A DNA stretch of 64,000 nt from an uncultured delta proteobacterium (lineage in GTDB: Bacteria > Desulfobacterota > Syntrophobacteria > BM002). Below are positions 19,245 through 29,075 of this stretch, piece after piece; positions within the stretch are counted from its first letter, which is position 1, and every line of letters begins with the position of its first letter. The notes below the pieces were generated by a model. It was not told the origin of the DNA and made no database searches. It saw only the letters and a list, made by a program, of their open reading frames with translations. Location: NCBI GenBank assembly GCA_963712115.1, contig CAVQGX010000027.1, positions 1 to 64,000 on the forward strand. Direction: 5' to 3'. Made by a program: the position numbers and the translations under genes.

Positions 19245-19321
19245 ATCCTCAAATTCCGGGTTATTTTCCTTGGTGCCTGGTGCGTAGTGTTTAGTTCTTA
19301 GTGAAAGTAAGGGAGAATGTC

Positions 19322-20275
19322 ATGCCGGCAGAAGTGAAGAAGTTGGCAGATCGCATCTCAGCTGAGATAGCCAAAGTGGTGGTGGGGCAGCAGGAGGGGG
19401 TGACTCACTTGCTGGTGGGTCTCCTGGCGAGAGGGCACGTCTTAATGGAGGGTGTCCCGGGGTTGGCCAAAACCCTCCTGGCCAAAACCTTGGCTTACAT
19501 CCTCAAGGCAGAGTTCACCCGAATTCAGTTTACTCCTGATCTGATGCCCGCCGACATTTTGGGAACACAAATTTTCGATCTGCAAAGCAGGACCTTTCAC
19601 CTTCGCCATGGTCCAATTTTCACCGAGATCCTTTTGGGCGACGAAATCAATCGGGCACCACCCAAAACGCAGTCGGCCCTTCTCGAGGCTATGGAAGAGA
19701 GGCAGGTGAGCATTGACGGCAAGACTATGCCTTTGTCTGAGAGCTTTATGGTGGTGGCGACCCAGAATCCCATAGAACAGGAAGGAACGTACCCCCTTCC
19801 AGAGGCACAGCTGGATCGCTTCCTCATGAAGATAGTGTTGGATTACCCTTCAGAAGGTGAAGAGCGCGAGATACTTGCCAAATACGGGACCTCGTCAGAG
19901 GCTCACGACTTGGAGGGCGCGGGACTAGCCAGGCTGGCAGGGGGGGACACGGTTGTGCGATTTAGGCAAAGGGTCAGCCAGGTGCGAGTGGAGGAGGGCA
20001 TTGTGGCCTACGTGCAAAGGTTACTGACCGGGACGCGACGCTCCCCTCACCTCCATCTCGGAGTTAGCCCGAGGGGAGGAATAGCCTTGCTGAGAACGAG
20101 CCAGTGTCTGGCCGCTGTAAGGGGGAGGGACTTTGTTGTTCCAGACGACATCAAGGAGATGGCTTTAGCTGTGCTTAGACACAGGGTGATTCTGAGGCCA
20201 GAGGCAGAACTTGAGGGACTTACGCCTGACCGGGTTATTTCCCAGATTCTGGATGGCATTCCCGTGCCCAGGTAG
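19322..20275 (+). CDS. moxR: MoxR family AAA+ ATPase
   Basis: EGVPGLAKT, RIQFTPDLMPAD, DEINRAPPKTQSALLEAM, ATQNP, LPEAQLDRF. Confidence 0.96.
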   Translation: MPAEVKKLADRISAEIAKVVVGQQEGVTHLLVGLLARGHVLMEGVPGLAKTLLAKTLAYILKAEFTRIQFTPDLMPADILGTQIFDLQSRTFHLRHGPIFTEILLGDEINRAPPKTQSALLEAMEERQVSIDGKTMPLSESFMVVATQNPIEQEGTYPLPEAQLDRFLMKIVLDYPSEGEEREILAKYGTSSEAHDLEGAGLARLAGGDTVVRFRQRVSQVRVEEGIVAYVQRLLTGTRRSPHLHLGVSPRGGIALLRTSQCLAAVRGRDFVVPDDIKEMALAVLRHRVILRPEAELEGLTPDRVISQILDGIPVPR

Positions 20276-20349
20276 GTCGCATTTGCTAACTTCCTTCGTA
20301 ACGATCTCTCGCCCGCTCCCTTGGGCTTGACTGAAGTCAACCCCTGCGG

Positions 20350-20607
20350 TCTCTCGAGCCCTCAGAGGGCTCAGAGAAGAATTGATAGGTGGATGTATTT
20401 GGGTCGCTTAAAGAGCCCTGCAAAGCAGGGCGGCCCGATAGGACTATCGGGACGAATGGAGAGGTCCTGAGCAACAAGAATAAGCCTGCTTTTTCTTGGC
20501 CTCAGGCCCTCTCCATTAAGTCTTTAAGCGATCCTGGCCTAAACGAATCTACCTCACTGCTTTTGTATTGAAGAGCTCTCTGAGTTCTCTGTGAGCTCTG
20601 TGAGAGA
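20350..20607. repeat. 258-bp multi-stem palindromic element
   Basis: 9-mer CTCAGAG/CTCTGTG outer arms, an inner long stem and three internal hairpins. Confidence 0.75.
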
Positions 20608-20633
20608 TAAAAAGATCGGATAAAAAACAAAGG

Positions 20634-21968
20634 ATGAGCAAGGAAAGTCAAATACAGAGAGCCTGGGAAAGATTCCCGATTCCCACTACTCTTGCCCTGT
20701 GTCTTCTGATCCTGGGCATTGGAGTTGCTGCTCTGCTGAACTGGAAAGTGGTTTTGGGGTTGGATCTTGGAATCCTGGTGTTGTCTGTTGTAGATTACAC
20801 CCTGACATTCAAGGGTGGTGAGATTCAGGGCAAAAGAATCTGCCCGCGCCATTTCTCCATCGGCACAGAGAACAGTATAGGAATACGTTTGAAGAACACC
20901 CTTCCCTCCAGCAGGAGAGTGCGGGCGCGAGATCAAACTCCTCTAGAATGGGCAGCTGCGCCGGTGCTTAAGGCTGTGATTCCGGGGAGATCTTCTCTGA
21001 ACCTTGATTATCCAGTTGTTCCTCCGGAAAGAGGGGAGTATGGTTTCGGCGACCTTTTCGTAAGAGTAGAAGGACCTTTGGGGCTAATATCCAGGCCAAT
21101 GAAAGTCAGTACACCGGAGGAGGTACAAGTCTACCCCAGTCTTCAGCCCCTACGCTGCGCTGACCTGGCCACCTACAGGCGTGTCGCCCATCAATGGGGA
21201 CTGAGGCCAACCAGATGGAGGGGAGAGGGAAGGGAATTCGAGTCTCTTAGGGAATACGTGGAAGGTGATGACCCTCGCAAGATCCACTGGAAAGCCACAG
21301 CCAGGTTTGATCGACCTATAGTCCAACAATATCAGACGGAAAAAAACCAGATAGTAATGATATTGCTGGATGTGGGACGGTTAATGAGTGCGGTGTCAGA
21401 GGGGAAGACAAAACTGGATTACGCCATCGAGGCAGCCCTTCACCTAGCCCACACAGCCCTTGTGGGAGGGGATCAGGCTGGCATTCTGGCCTTTGCCGAC
21501 CGGGTGATCTCCTTTATTCCCCCCAAGAAAACGGTTGAACAATTGCAGTTTATTTTGAAGGGAACCCTTTCCTTGCGGCCCGTTCTGGTGGAGCCCCAGT
21601 ACGAACAGGCGATTCTTTGGGTCCGGTCCAGGGTTAGGCGGCGTAGTTTGGTGGTTATCTATACGGATCTTCTGGACGAAGTAGCTTCGGAGAACCTTCT
21701 TGGTGCGGTGTCACTGCTGAGACCACTTCATCTACCCCTGTGTGTCGCCATCAGGGAGTCGGAGTGGGACGAATTGTTGAAAGATCCGCCTACCAAGGTG
21801 CAAGGCGTGTACGAAAGGGCTGTATTGCAAGAGCTGCTTCACCAGAGGAGCAAGGCTTTAGGGGGTTTGGTGCAAAAAGGAGCTTTGGCCATGGATTTGC
21901 CCCCCTCAAAGCTCTCAATAGGAACAATTGAGCGTTATTTAGAGGTGAAAAGACGAGGCCTACTGTGA
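20634..21968 (+). CDS. DUF58 domain protein (VWA-like MoxR partner)
   Basis: EFESLREYVEGDDPRKIHWKATAR; LLDVGRLM. Confidence 0.93.
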   Translation: MSKESQIQRAWERFPIPTTLALCLLILGIGVAALLNWKVVLGLDLGILVLSVVDYTLTFKGGEIQGKRICPRHFSIGTENSIGIRLKNTLPSSRRVRARDQTPLEWAAAPVLKAVIPGRSSLNLDYPVVPPERGEYGFGDLFVRVEGPLGLISRPMKVSTPEEVQVYPSLQPLRCADLATYRRVAHQWGLRPTRWRGEGREFESLREYVEGDDPRKIHWKATARFDRPIVQQYQTEKNQIVMILLDVGRLMSAVSEGKTKLDYAIEAALHLAHTALVGGDQAGILAFADRVISFIPPKKTVEQLQFILKGTLSLRPVLVEPQYEQAILWVRSRVRRRSLVVIYTDLLDEVASENLLGAVSLLRPLHLPLCVAIRESEWDELLKDPPTKVQGVYERAVLQELLHQRSKALGGLVQKGALAMDLPPSKLSIGTIERYLEVKRRGLL

Positions 21969-22927
21969 GGTGCAGGTAACATGAGATAGCAAAGGAGAAG
22001 GACAAAAAGCAAACCAGCTGTTAGAAACTTGATCCATGGAGGCAGGTGAGCGGGGGAGAAAAAGCCTTCCACAACTCCCGCAAAGATAAGCAGAGGGACG
22101 CAACCGAGAATGAGCTGGACAGCTTTTCTACCCCGTTGAATTAAAGCCTCTTTTCTTGACAGGTCGCCAGGTACAGTTAGAGCTGAGCCAAGCAAAAGAC
22201 CTCCTCCTCCGGCGATAAATATGGCGCTGAGCTCGATGACCCCATGGGGAACAACAAAGGACCAAAAATCCACACTTAGACCATGAAGGTGGCACAAGGC
22301 GGCCAGGGTTCCCAATAAAAGCCCGTTAAAAGCCATTATGTAGACGGTCCCTAGACCAAAGGTTATCCCGAGAGCAAAGGCCAGGAAAGTCACAGAGATG
22401 TTATTGGTCATTATTGTGCTGGAGGCCAAGGGACGGACGGCCAAAATTGAGTCGAACCAGACCTTGCCCCCTTCCACTTGTTGAATAAGATGTGGGGGGG
22501 CGACCAGCGGAATGAAGGTGTCGTCAATAAGGCCGGCAACGAAACCATATATACAGCCAAGGAGGAAGATGGCCAGGGCAGCTAGGGTCCAGGAGGCTGT
22601 GGCCCTGAAAGTTTGAGGGAAAGTGGTACGGAGAAACCTCCACAATTTAGTCCAGCCGGGGGAGGGACTGCGGTAGATCTGGCCATGAGCCCGGGCCACC
22701 AAGTGGTTCAAATAATCTAGCAGTTCATCCGGGAGGGCCGCCTCCTGTTGAAAGGCTTGTAATCGAGCCAGGTCAGCGGTTGCCTCCCGGTAGAGACGGC
22801 CCACATCGGGGAGGTCTGAAGGGTGCAAGCTTCTCCCTTTAGCTCTTTCCAGGGATTGAAGGAGTTTTTCTAACCTCTCCCACCGTGGTCTTCTAGACTC
22901 GATAAATTTCTCGATGGATTGACTCAT
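21935..22927 (-). CDS. Stage II sporulation protein M-like (DUF95) membrane protein
   Basis: IMTNNISV, PHGVIEL, AGVVEGFFSP. Confidence 0.9.
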   Translation of the reverse strand: MSQSIEKFIESRRPRWERLEKLLQSLERAKGRSLHPSDLPDVGRLYREATADLARLQAFQQEAALPDELLDYLNHLVARAHGQIYRSPSPGWTKLWRFLRTTFPQTFRATASWTLAALAIFLLGCIYGFVAGLIDDTFIPLVAPPHLIQQVEGGKVWFDSILAVRPLASSTIMTNNISVTFLAFALGITFGLGTVYIMAFNGLLLGTLAALCHLHGLSVDFWSFVVPHGVIELSAIFIAGGGGLLLGSALTVPGDLSRKEALIQRGRKAVQLILGCVPLLIFAGVVEGFFSPAHLPPWIKFLTAGLLFVLLLCYLMLPAPHSRPRLFTSK

Positions 22928-22955
22928 GCCCTTAGGGTAGCAAAAGGCTGCTGGG

Positions 22956-23750
22956 ATGGAAACAGCAAAAGAGACTCTAAAAATTCAAACCCCAGAGCAC
23001 GTAGGTTTTCGATACGTGCTTGCTGGATTGGGCACGCGCTCAACAGCTTTTTTACTTGACACGGTTGTTAGGGGTCTCTTCATCCTATTTATCTTTTTGG
23101 TGGTAATATTTCTTGCTCGATTGCTGCCAGCATTTGATCCAACCGGCTTATTTGCAGCGATTCCCAAGACCTGGTTCTTTGCCCTGGGAGTCCTTGCCTA
23201 TGGGGTGGTGGATTTGGGCTATTTCCTAATCTTTGAGGGCTTATGGAGCGGCCAGACCCCGGGAAAAAGAATGCAGAACCTCCGGGTGATCAGAGTCAAT
23301 GGTCAGCCCATCGGCTGGCTGGAGTCTTCAATTCGCAACATCTTGAGGGCAGTGGACATATTGCTGGGCTTTTACCCCCTGGGACTATTCGTAATGTTTC
23401 TCAGTTCTCGCAGCCAGAGAATCGGAGACTATGCCGCCGGCACGGTGGTGATTGTTGAACGCAGGCGCAACGTGCCCATGGATAAAACTCGCCTTCGCTC
23501 AACTTCCAAGTTGAACTTTCCGGAGCTTGAACTCCATCTTTCCACCCTTGAACCAAAGCAATATCAGGTCATAAGATCCTTTCTTCAGAGACGGCAGGCA
23601 ATGGACGCCACCCACCGACGCGAGCTTGCCAGCCTCCTGACCCGCCGCTTGATGAAGAGATGGGGTATTTCACCCAGTGGTGACATCCCTGATGAGTCCT
23701 TCCTCGAGGAAATCGTGGGGATCTACGAGCGAACGAGGAAAGCCATTTAG
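22956..23750 (+). CDS. RDD family protein
   Basis: TPEHV, LGTRSTAFLLD, GQTPGK, RNILRAVD, QRIGDYAAGT. Confidence 0.92.
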   Translation: METAKETLKIQTPEHVGFRYVLAGLGTRSTAFLLDTVVRGLFILFIFLVVIFLARLLPAFDPTGLFAAIPKTWFFALGVLAYGVVDLGYFLIFEGLWSGQTPGKRMQNLRVIRVNGQPIGWLESSIRNILRAVDILLGFYPLGLFVMFLSSRSQRIGDYAAGTVVIVERRRNVPMDKTRLRSTSKLNFPELELHLSTLEPKQYQVIRSFLQRRQAMDATHRRELASLLTRRLMKRWGISPSGDIPDESFLEEIVGIYERTRKAI

Positions 23751-23799
23751 TCCACTAAACTCTAGTCAGTACAACTCTTGACCAGGAACGCTCCATATC

Positions 23800-23956
23800 A
23801 AATTCGAAATCCTAAGCACGAAATCCGAAACAAATCCCAAATTCTAATGTTCCAAGGCTCCAAACAAAAAACCTGGAATTCGTAACAGTAAGTTTTGGTC
23901 GTTGGGGTTTGGAAATTTGAATCTGTTTCGGATTTAGATATTCGTATTTCGGATTT
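23800..23956. repeat. ~155-bp palindromic element, copy 3
   Basis: Same sequence family as 13043 and 19089. Confidence 0.9.
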
Positions 23957-24111
23957 GTCTGTATGCTCCATGCCCTATGCCCCATGCTTCTGTCTGCCTC
24001 GCCGTATTTCACTTTCTCCCAGGAGTGCACAAAGTTAGCAATAACATTGAAATCCGGAATGGAAATTGCTAGGGAATAGTGGGACATTTCTCATAACAGG
24101 CGGGGGTACCC

Positions 24112-25431
24112 ATGACTCAGAGTGCGGCTAGCACAGAGACCAAAAGATTCGCCATAAGCCTGACAGGGCTTAAGCCAGGATCGTCCTTAGAAGATCTAGT
24201 TGTCTCTCTCCAGCGTATCTTTCCAAGGAAAACAGCCGTGCAAATTCGCGGGGCCTTGGCCAGGCTTCCATTGCTGTTAACCCGCTCGGCCACGGAAGAG
24301 CAGGCCAAAAAGGTCAAGGGCTTCCTCGAGTCAAAAGGGGCTATCTTAAGATTGGTCAACGCAGCTGTGTCGGCAGGCTCGGCTCCTCCTGTTTCAGCAG
24401 TTAGATCTGCAAGTACAGCTGCGGCCGCTCCTCGAAAGTCGGAAATGGTGAGGGCAGCTGCTGCTCCTCAGGAAGATAAACCCTACACTGGGGCCGAGCG
24501 CAGGGCCAAGCCTCGGGTCCACCCCGGTATTGGCATTCATCCAATGGGAATTGGCGAAATTCTGGATCGTTCTTTTCGCCTTTTGCGCCAACACTTTCTG
24601 CTGTTCTTCTTCATTCTATTGATCCCCCAGGGAACTTTTTTCTTATTTAACAAAGGAAGTCAGTATTTTCTCACAGGAGAAATGCAGCAAGATATGACAG
24701 CGGACATGGGTATAGGATTGATTGTTTCGGTTATACTCGCGGTGCTGGTAATGATGATTCTCCAGTTCTGGGCCCAGGGGGCACTTATCCACGCAGTTTC
24801 CGAAACCTATCTGGGTCATGCAACCTCGCTGGCCACCTCGTACGGTGCCATGCGCTCCCGGCTCGGGCGACTTTTGGGCACCATGTTTCTTGTGGGAATT
24901 TTGATCTTTCTGGTGCCGGCATTACTAGGCATAGCCATGGCAATTGCCGTTCCCATGCTCGCCGCAATGGGCTTCGGAGGCACGACTACAGCAATACTAT
25001 CAATAGTATTGGTTTTTGCAGGTATAATCTGGTTCTTTCACCTGTTGCTCAACTGGCTTCTGGTGGACAAGGTAGTGGTACTCGAGGGAAAGGGCTGGAA
25101 AAGTGCGCTGGGTCGCAGCAAAGAGCTGATGAATACCCGCACCGAGCAGGGATTTTGGAAAAGGCCAAAAAACAAAGCCGGTCTGATTTTACTCCTGGGC
25201 TTTCTGATCGGGGTGGGAATCCACCTTCTCTTTCAAGTGCCCGGCTTGCTCAGTCAAATGTTTCTGCCCATGAGCCTCGGGGGGCTGACCCTGACCCTTC
25301 AGCAGGTTCTCAATGTGATAGCCACCTCACTGGCGACGGTTTTCACTGCCATAGCCATGATCCTTTTCTACTATGACATCCGTCTGCGAAGTGAAGGCTT
25401 CGACTTAAAGGCGATGGCAGAACATTTATAG
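24112..25431 (+). CDS. Multi-TM membrane protein of the MoxR/RDD cluster with soluble N-terminal domain
   Basis: PMGIGEILDRSFRL...ALGRSKEL...YYDIRLRSEGFDL; the N-terminus resembles an L7/L12 C-terminal-like domain. Confidence 0.75.
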   Translation: MTQSAASTETKRFAISLTGLKPGSSLEDLVVSLQRIFPRKTAVQIRGALARLPLLLTRSATEEQAKKVKGFLESKGAILRLVNAAVSAGSAPPVSAVRSASTAAAAPRKSEMVRAAAAPQEDKPYTGAERRAKPRVHPGIGIHPMGIGEILDRSFRLLRQHFLLFFFILLIPQGTFFLFNKGSQYFLTGEMQQDMTADMGIGLIVSVILAVLVMMILQFWAQGALIHAVSETYLGHATSLATSYGAMRSRLGRLLGTMFLVGILIFLVPALLGIAMAIAVPMLAAMGFGGTTTAILSIVLVFAGIIWFFHLLLNWLLVDKVVVLEGKGWKSALGRSKELMNTRTEQGFWKRPKNKAGLILLLGFLIGVGIHLLFQVPGLLSQMFLPMSLGGLTLTLQQVLNVIATSLATVFTAIAMILFYYDIRLRSEGFDLKAMAEHL

Positions 25432-25496
25432 CCCAGAAGAAAGGTTTTATCCTCTAGTCGCCGCACAGGATTGATCAAATGTCCGGGCTGGGCCAC

Positions 25497-26045
25497 CTAT
25501 CTGCCTTTGGGCCAGGTACGGACAAATTCCGCCTGTATTTTGGTCTCCGGCGAGGGAAGATGTGAGATAGGATCATTTCGTCGAAGCTCGCTGAGCAGAT
25601 CCAGGACTGCCTCTCCCAATGCCATTCCATGGCGAGCAAGATAACAGCCTACCACTGTGCCAGTTCTGCCACGGCCTCCCCAACAATGAAGATAAACGGC
25701 GGGATTGTGCTCCATGGCCCGATCGATCTCATCGAGGATTGAAATCATACCTTCCACCAGAGGAATGTTCATATCCCGAATGGGCATGTGCACCAGTTCT
25801 ATGGGAATGTCCATTTCATTTGCCACGGTTTGAAGCCGGTCCTCATAGGGAACAAATTTCTCTCCCTGGAAATTGTCTTCATCTCTCTCCATGAGATTTA
25901 CAATGTGGCGAATGCTGTGTTCAAGAAGTTTTTTCAGTTTTGCCTGAGCCGTAGCAGAATCTTTGCTACCGGGATAGTAGCCGGCGAGAAATTTTCCCGG
26001 CACGACCCAGTATGAGCGGGGGAATGGAACGGAGTACTTTTTCAT
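25497..26045 (-). CDS. Dual-specificity/protein-tyrosine phosphatase family protein
   Basis: HCWGGRGRTG (CX5R), SPET..Q. Confidence 0.92.
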   Translation of the reverse strand: MKKYSVPFPRSYWVVPGKFLAGYYPGSKDSATAQAKLKKLLEHSIRHIVNLMERDEDNFQGEKFVPYEDRLQTVANEMDIPIELVHMPIRDMNIPLVEGMISILDEIDRAMEHNPAVYLHCWGGRGRTGTVVGCYLARHGMALGEAVLDLLSELRRNDPISHLPSPETKIQAEFVRTWPKGR

Positions 26046-26094
26046 TGTCTGTCACTAGTTGCGAAAATCCATGGCAGTGCCCAGCTTATATTTT

Positions 26095-26324
26095 ACTAGG
26101 CACCTACGAGTCATTACACTTCGCGCATGTGCGCTTCGTTGTCAATAGGGCTGACGCCCGTCAATAGGCCGTAGGGCCGTCATTAAGTTGTTTCAACACC
26201 ACAATGACAGTCAACTATGAATGACAGTGGAGCGTATTGACCCAATACCCATAAATGACGCCGAAGGCATAATGACAGCGTAGCGTAGTGACGGCGAAGC
26301 CAAATGACTCAACGCTGCCTGCTG
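26095..26324. repeat. ~220-230-bp TGAC/mini-hairpin element, copy A
   Basis: Reverse complement of 31493-31710; the terminal ~70 bp are identical. Confidence 0.92.
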
Positions 26325-26345
26325 TCCGCTGCTGGCTGCTAGCTG

Positions 26346-27134
26346 TTAAAACTCTGCCAGTTTCTTGAACAAATGTGGTTTTCTGTCTTTGAGAAAAGGC
26401 ATGGCGGAGCGGACCTCGGCCACTCTGGCCGGATCAATATCTGCCACGATCAGGGTCTCCTTGTCTCCGCCGTGAGCGAGGACCTGGCCAAGAGGATCTA
26501 TGATGGCCGAGCCCCCGATGAAGTTGAGCTCGCCACCTTGTCCTACACGATTTACCCCTACCACGAAACACTGACTCTCCGCAGCCCGAGCTCTTAGAAG
26601 CAAGTCCCAATGAGGCTGCCGCGCAGCTGGCCAAGAAGCTATAATCATAATTAGCTCGCACCGGTCGACCACAAGACGAAACAGTTCAGGGAAACGCAGA
26701 TCATAGCAAACGAAACAGGCAGCATTGAGTGCTCCCAGACTGAAAGGAACGGGCCAGTCCCCGGGTTCGTAACTTTGGTCCTCTCCCAACAAACCGATCT
26801 GGTGAATCTTGGCGTAAAGCGCAAGATCATTGCCATTACTGTCCACAGCGAGGGAGACATTCTGTGGCCCACCGTCATCCCGAGCCAAGACAAATCCACC
26901 TACGATTGCCATGCACAGTTCACGGGCCAGCTTACGTAGGAATGTCGGGGTGACCCCGTCCAAGGATTCAGCGGTAATGGAGGTATCCATTGAGAACCCG
27001 GTGGAAAACATCTCCGGCAGGACAAGCAACTCGGCTCCTGCTTTCTTCGCTTGCGCCGCCATTTGGCGAACTTTTTCGTGGTTGGCTGATCTGTCGTGCC
27101 AGGTTATGTCCATCTGTGCTGCTGCCAGTTTCAT
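26346..27134 (-). CDS. Carbon-nitrogen hydrolase (omega-amidase/nitrilase family)
   Basis: LPEMFSTG, YAKIH and VCYDLRFPE (E-K-C triad). Confidence 0.94.
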   Translation of the reverse strand: MKLAAAQMDITWHDRSANHEKVRQMAAQAKKAGAELLVLPEMFSTGFSMDTSITAESLDGVTPTFLRKLARELCMAIVGGFVLARDDGGPQNVSLAVDSNGNDLALYAKIHQIGLLGEDQSYEPGDWPVPFSLGALNAACFVCYDLRFPELFRLVVDRCELIMIIASWPAARQPHWDLLLRARAAESQCFVVGVNRVGQGGELNFIGGSAIIDPLGQVLAHGGDKETLIVADIDPARVAEVRSAMPFLKDRKPHLFKKLAEF

Positions 27135-27262
27135 CTCAGCCACCTCCTGAGGTCTTCCCTCGCCTTTTCAGAAAAATTTCCTAAGGTCTTCCCCTAATAT
27201 CATATCAACTGAAGTGCACGCTAGCCAAAAATTGGGCACTGCTGCTATGTCTTCTATCTTCC

Positions 27263-27291
27263 TTGACACGGTTTAATCTGGTTGGTATTTG
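27263..27291 (+). promoter_or_regulatory. Candidate sigma-70 promoter
   Basis: TTGACA-17 bp-TATTTG with an extended TG, upstream of the ORF at 27328. Confidence 0.4.
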
Positions 27292-27327
27292 TGTGAATAT
27301 ATAATCTCTGGCAGGTGAGGGAATATC

Positions 27328-27801
27328 ATGTTCAGGACCGATGATAATTACAATCTTTACTACGACGGGGTAGTATCGAAAGAGCAAGAGACAAACTTTA
27401 AAACCTTGATTATGCAACACCAAATAGCAACTGAATTTGCGACTCTTCTCAAGAGAGATTATAACTTTAAGATCTCCAATACTTATGGTGAACACAAAAA
27501 ACTTGTCTGGATTCTCTACAAGACCCTTGGACTATTTGCCATTTCAGCTCTCTTCGCCGAGGAAGCTCATCCACCGGGATGTGAATATGAAGCAAGAGTA
27601 GATTTTTATATTGAAGTAAACGGCAATTTTGAATATGAATTGAAAAACAATTTATTTTTATATGAGGATTATGGATCTTCGGACGAGTGCAAAGATAGGA
27701 TTGCACGAAAGTCAATTGGTTTTGACAAGAATTGTAGAATTAGGGGTAATATGGGAGAGATGGATTTAAATGATTTTGTCAAGAAGATAACTGCCAAATA
27801 A
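27328..27801 (+). CDS. AT-rich hypothetical protein
   Basis: 157-aa ORF with RBS GAGGG and its own promoter; no family recognised. Confidence 0.6.
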   Translation: MFRTDDNYNLYYDGVVSKEQETNFKTLIMQHQIATEFATLLKRDYNFKISNTYGEHKKLVWILYKTLGLFAISALFAEEAHPPGCEYEARVDFYIEVNGNFEYELKNNLFLYEDYGSSDECKDRIARKSIGFDKNCRIRGNMGEMDLNDFVKKITAK

Positions 27802-27886
27802 TACGGCTAATATTTTCTGCTAATTGGCGCATACTAGCTTTTTCTGATTTTAAATGACCCACCACTACAAAAAGGGGGGCACCACA

Positions 27887-28237
27887 GTGGCAGTTGCAAG
27901 AGAAAGACGCAAACACGACAGAATCTTGGTCAACTGGCCAGTTGTTGTTGTAACTCCGCAGCGTTATATAGGGGGAGAAGCCAAGAATATTAGTGTGGGC
28001 GGCGCTTCTGTTGTCTGTACTCGAGATCCAGGCCGCTCTGAGCCCCTCCGTTTGGCCATTAAAATTCCTGCTAGCGAGGAGTTGTTGCAAGTGACAGGTA
28101 TTGTGGTCTGGTCAAAACTGCAGGCGCAGCCTAACGATCTTTACGGTTGCGAGACGGGAATAAGATTCACCAGTTTTATAGGAAATAGTCGTCAGTACCT
28201 GGCTGAGGCGATTGCAAAGTGTCTCAGGTTAAAATGA
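27887..28237 (+). CDS. PilZ-domain protein
   Basis: ERRKHDR, NISVGG, VVW, GIRF. Confidence 0.88.
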   Translation: MAVARERRKHDRILVNWPVVVVTPQRYIGGEAKNISVGGASVVCTRDPGRSEPLRLAIKIPASEELLQVTGIVVWSKLQAQPNDLYGCETGIRFTSFIGNSRQYLAEAIAKCLRLK

Positions 28238-28394
28238 GAAAAAGAACCCTTGTCGAAATATCCCTTTAATGATATATGACCCTCATATAAATCCACCCCC
28301 CCTACCTAGACAAATCCTCTAATGAGAAAACCGGGGTGAAAGATTCTGTTTCCGGAGATCAAATATCCGGGCCAAGATAGATTAGGATTTTGCC

Positions 28395-28772
28395 ATGTCC
28401 GTCCCCCTTGGAAGACGCCAGTTCTCCAGGACCGTTGTCAGATGGCCTGTGACTTTGCTCACCTCGCAGGACAAAACAGAGGGAGAGACAGAAAACGTTA
28501 GTCCAACAGGGGTATTTGTCTCCTGCAAAAAAGTGCCCATATCAGAGGGCAGCGTTCGCATGGTAATTAGAGTGCCCGGCCATCAGTCAATCAACGTCGC
28601 AGGCAGAGTGGTTTGGTCCACTGCGCTAAAGGCAAATGAAGGTCCTCCATCATTTGGGGTGGGTGTGCAATTTACCAAAATCTCAGATAATGACAGCTAC
28701 TTCTTGCGAGAGGTGATTCTGAAGCGCTATGGCAAGATAGCTAAGAACTTTATTAATAACAAAAAACCTTAA
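28395..28772 (+). CDS. PilZ-domain protein
   Basis: RRQFSR, NVSPTG, GRVVW, GVGVQF. Confidence 0.88.
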   Translation: MSVPLGRRQFSRTVVRWPVTLLTSQDKTEGETENVSPTGVFVSCKKVPISEGSVRMVIRVPGHQSINVAGRVVWSTALKANEGPPSFGVGVQFTKISDNDSYFLREVILKRYGKIAKNFINNKKP

Positions 28773-28937
28773 TACCATACATTTAGCGAGTCCTTCCAAC
28801 TTAACCACCTTTTCGATTTGTCAGATCCCACATCTCAAAAGCCTTCTCATTCATAAGGGATAATAAGATCTAAGAAAAAACACGAGGACTCGCACGCGTG
28901 CTTTGTAGTATAAATAAGGATTCAGTAGCCAGTCAGC

Positions 28938-29055
28938 TAGCATAGAGCATGGAGCAGAGAGCATAGAGCGATTTCGAATTTCGGATTTCGGATTTAGAAC
29001 TGCGAAATTACGACATATCTTAACTCCATACCCTCTGCCCTATGCCTTGAGCCTA
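28938..29055. repeat. Heptamer repeat cluster (GAGCATA, TTTCGGA, CCCTATG arms)
   Basis: agcatagagcatggagcagagagcatagagc, atttcgaatttcggatttcggattt, ctccataccctctgccctatgc. Confidence 0.75.
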
Positions 29056-29075
29056 ACTCTTTTGAGGTTAATGCA

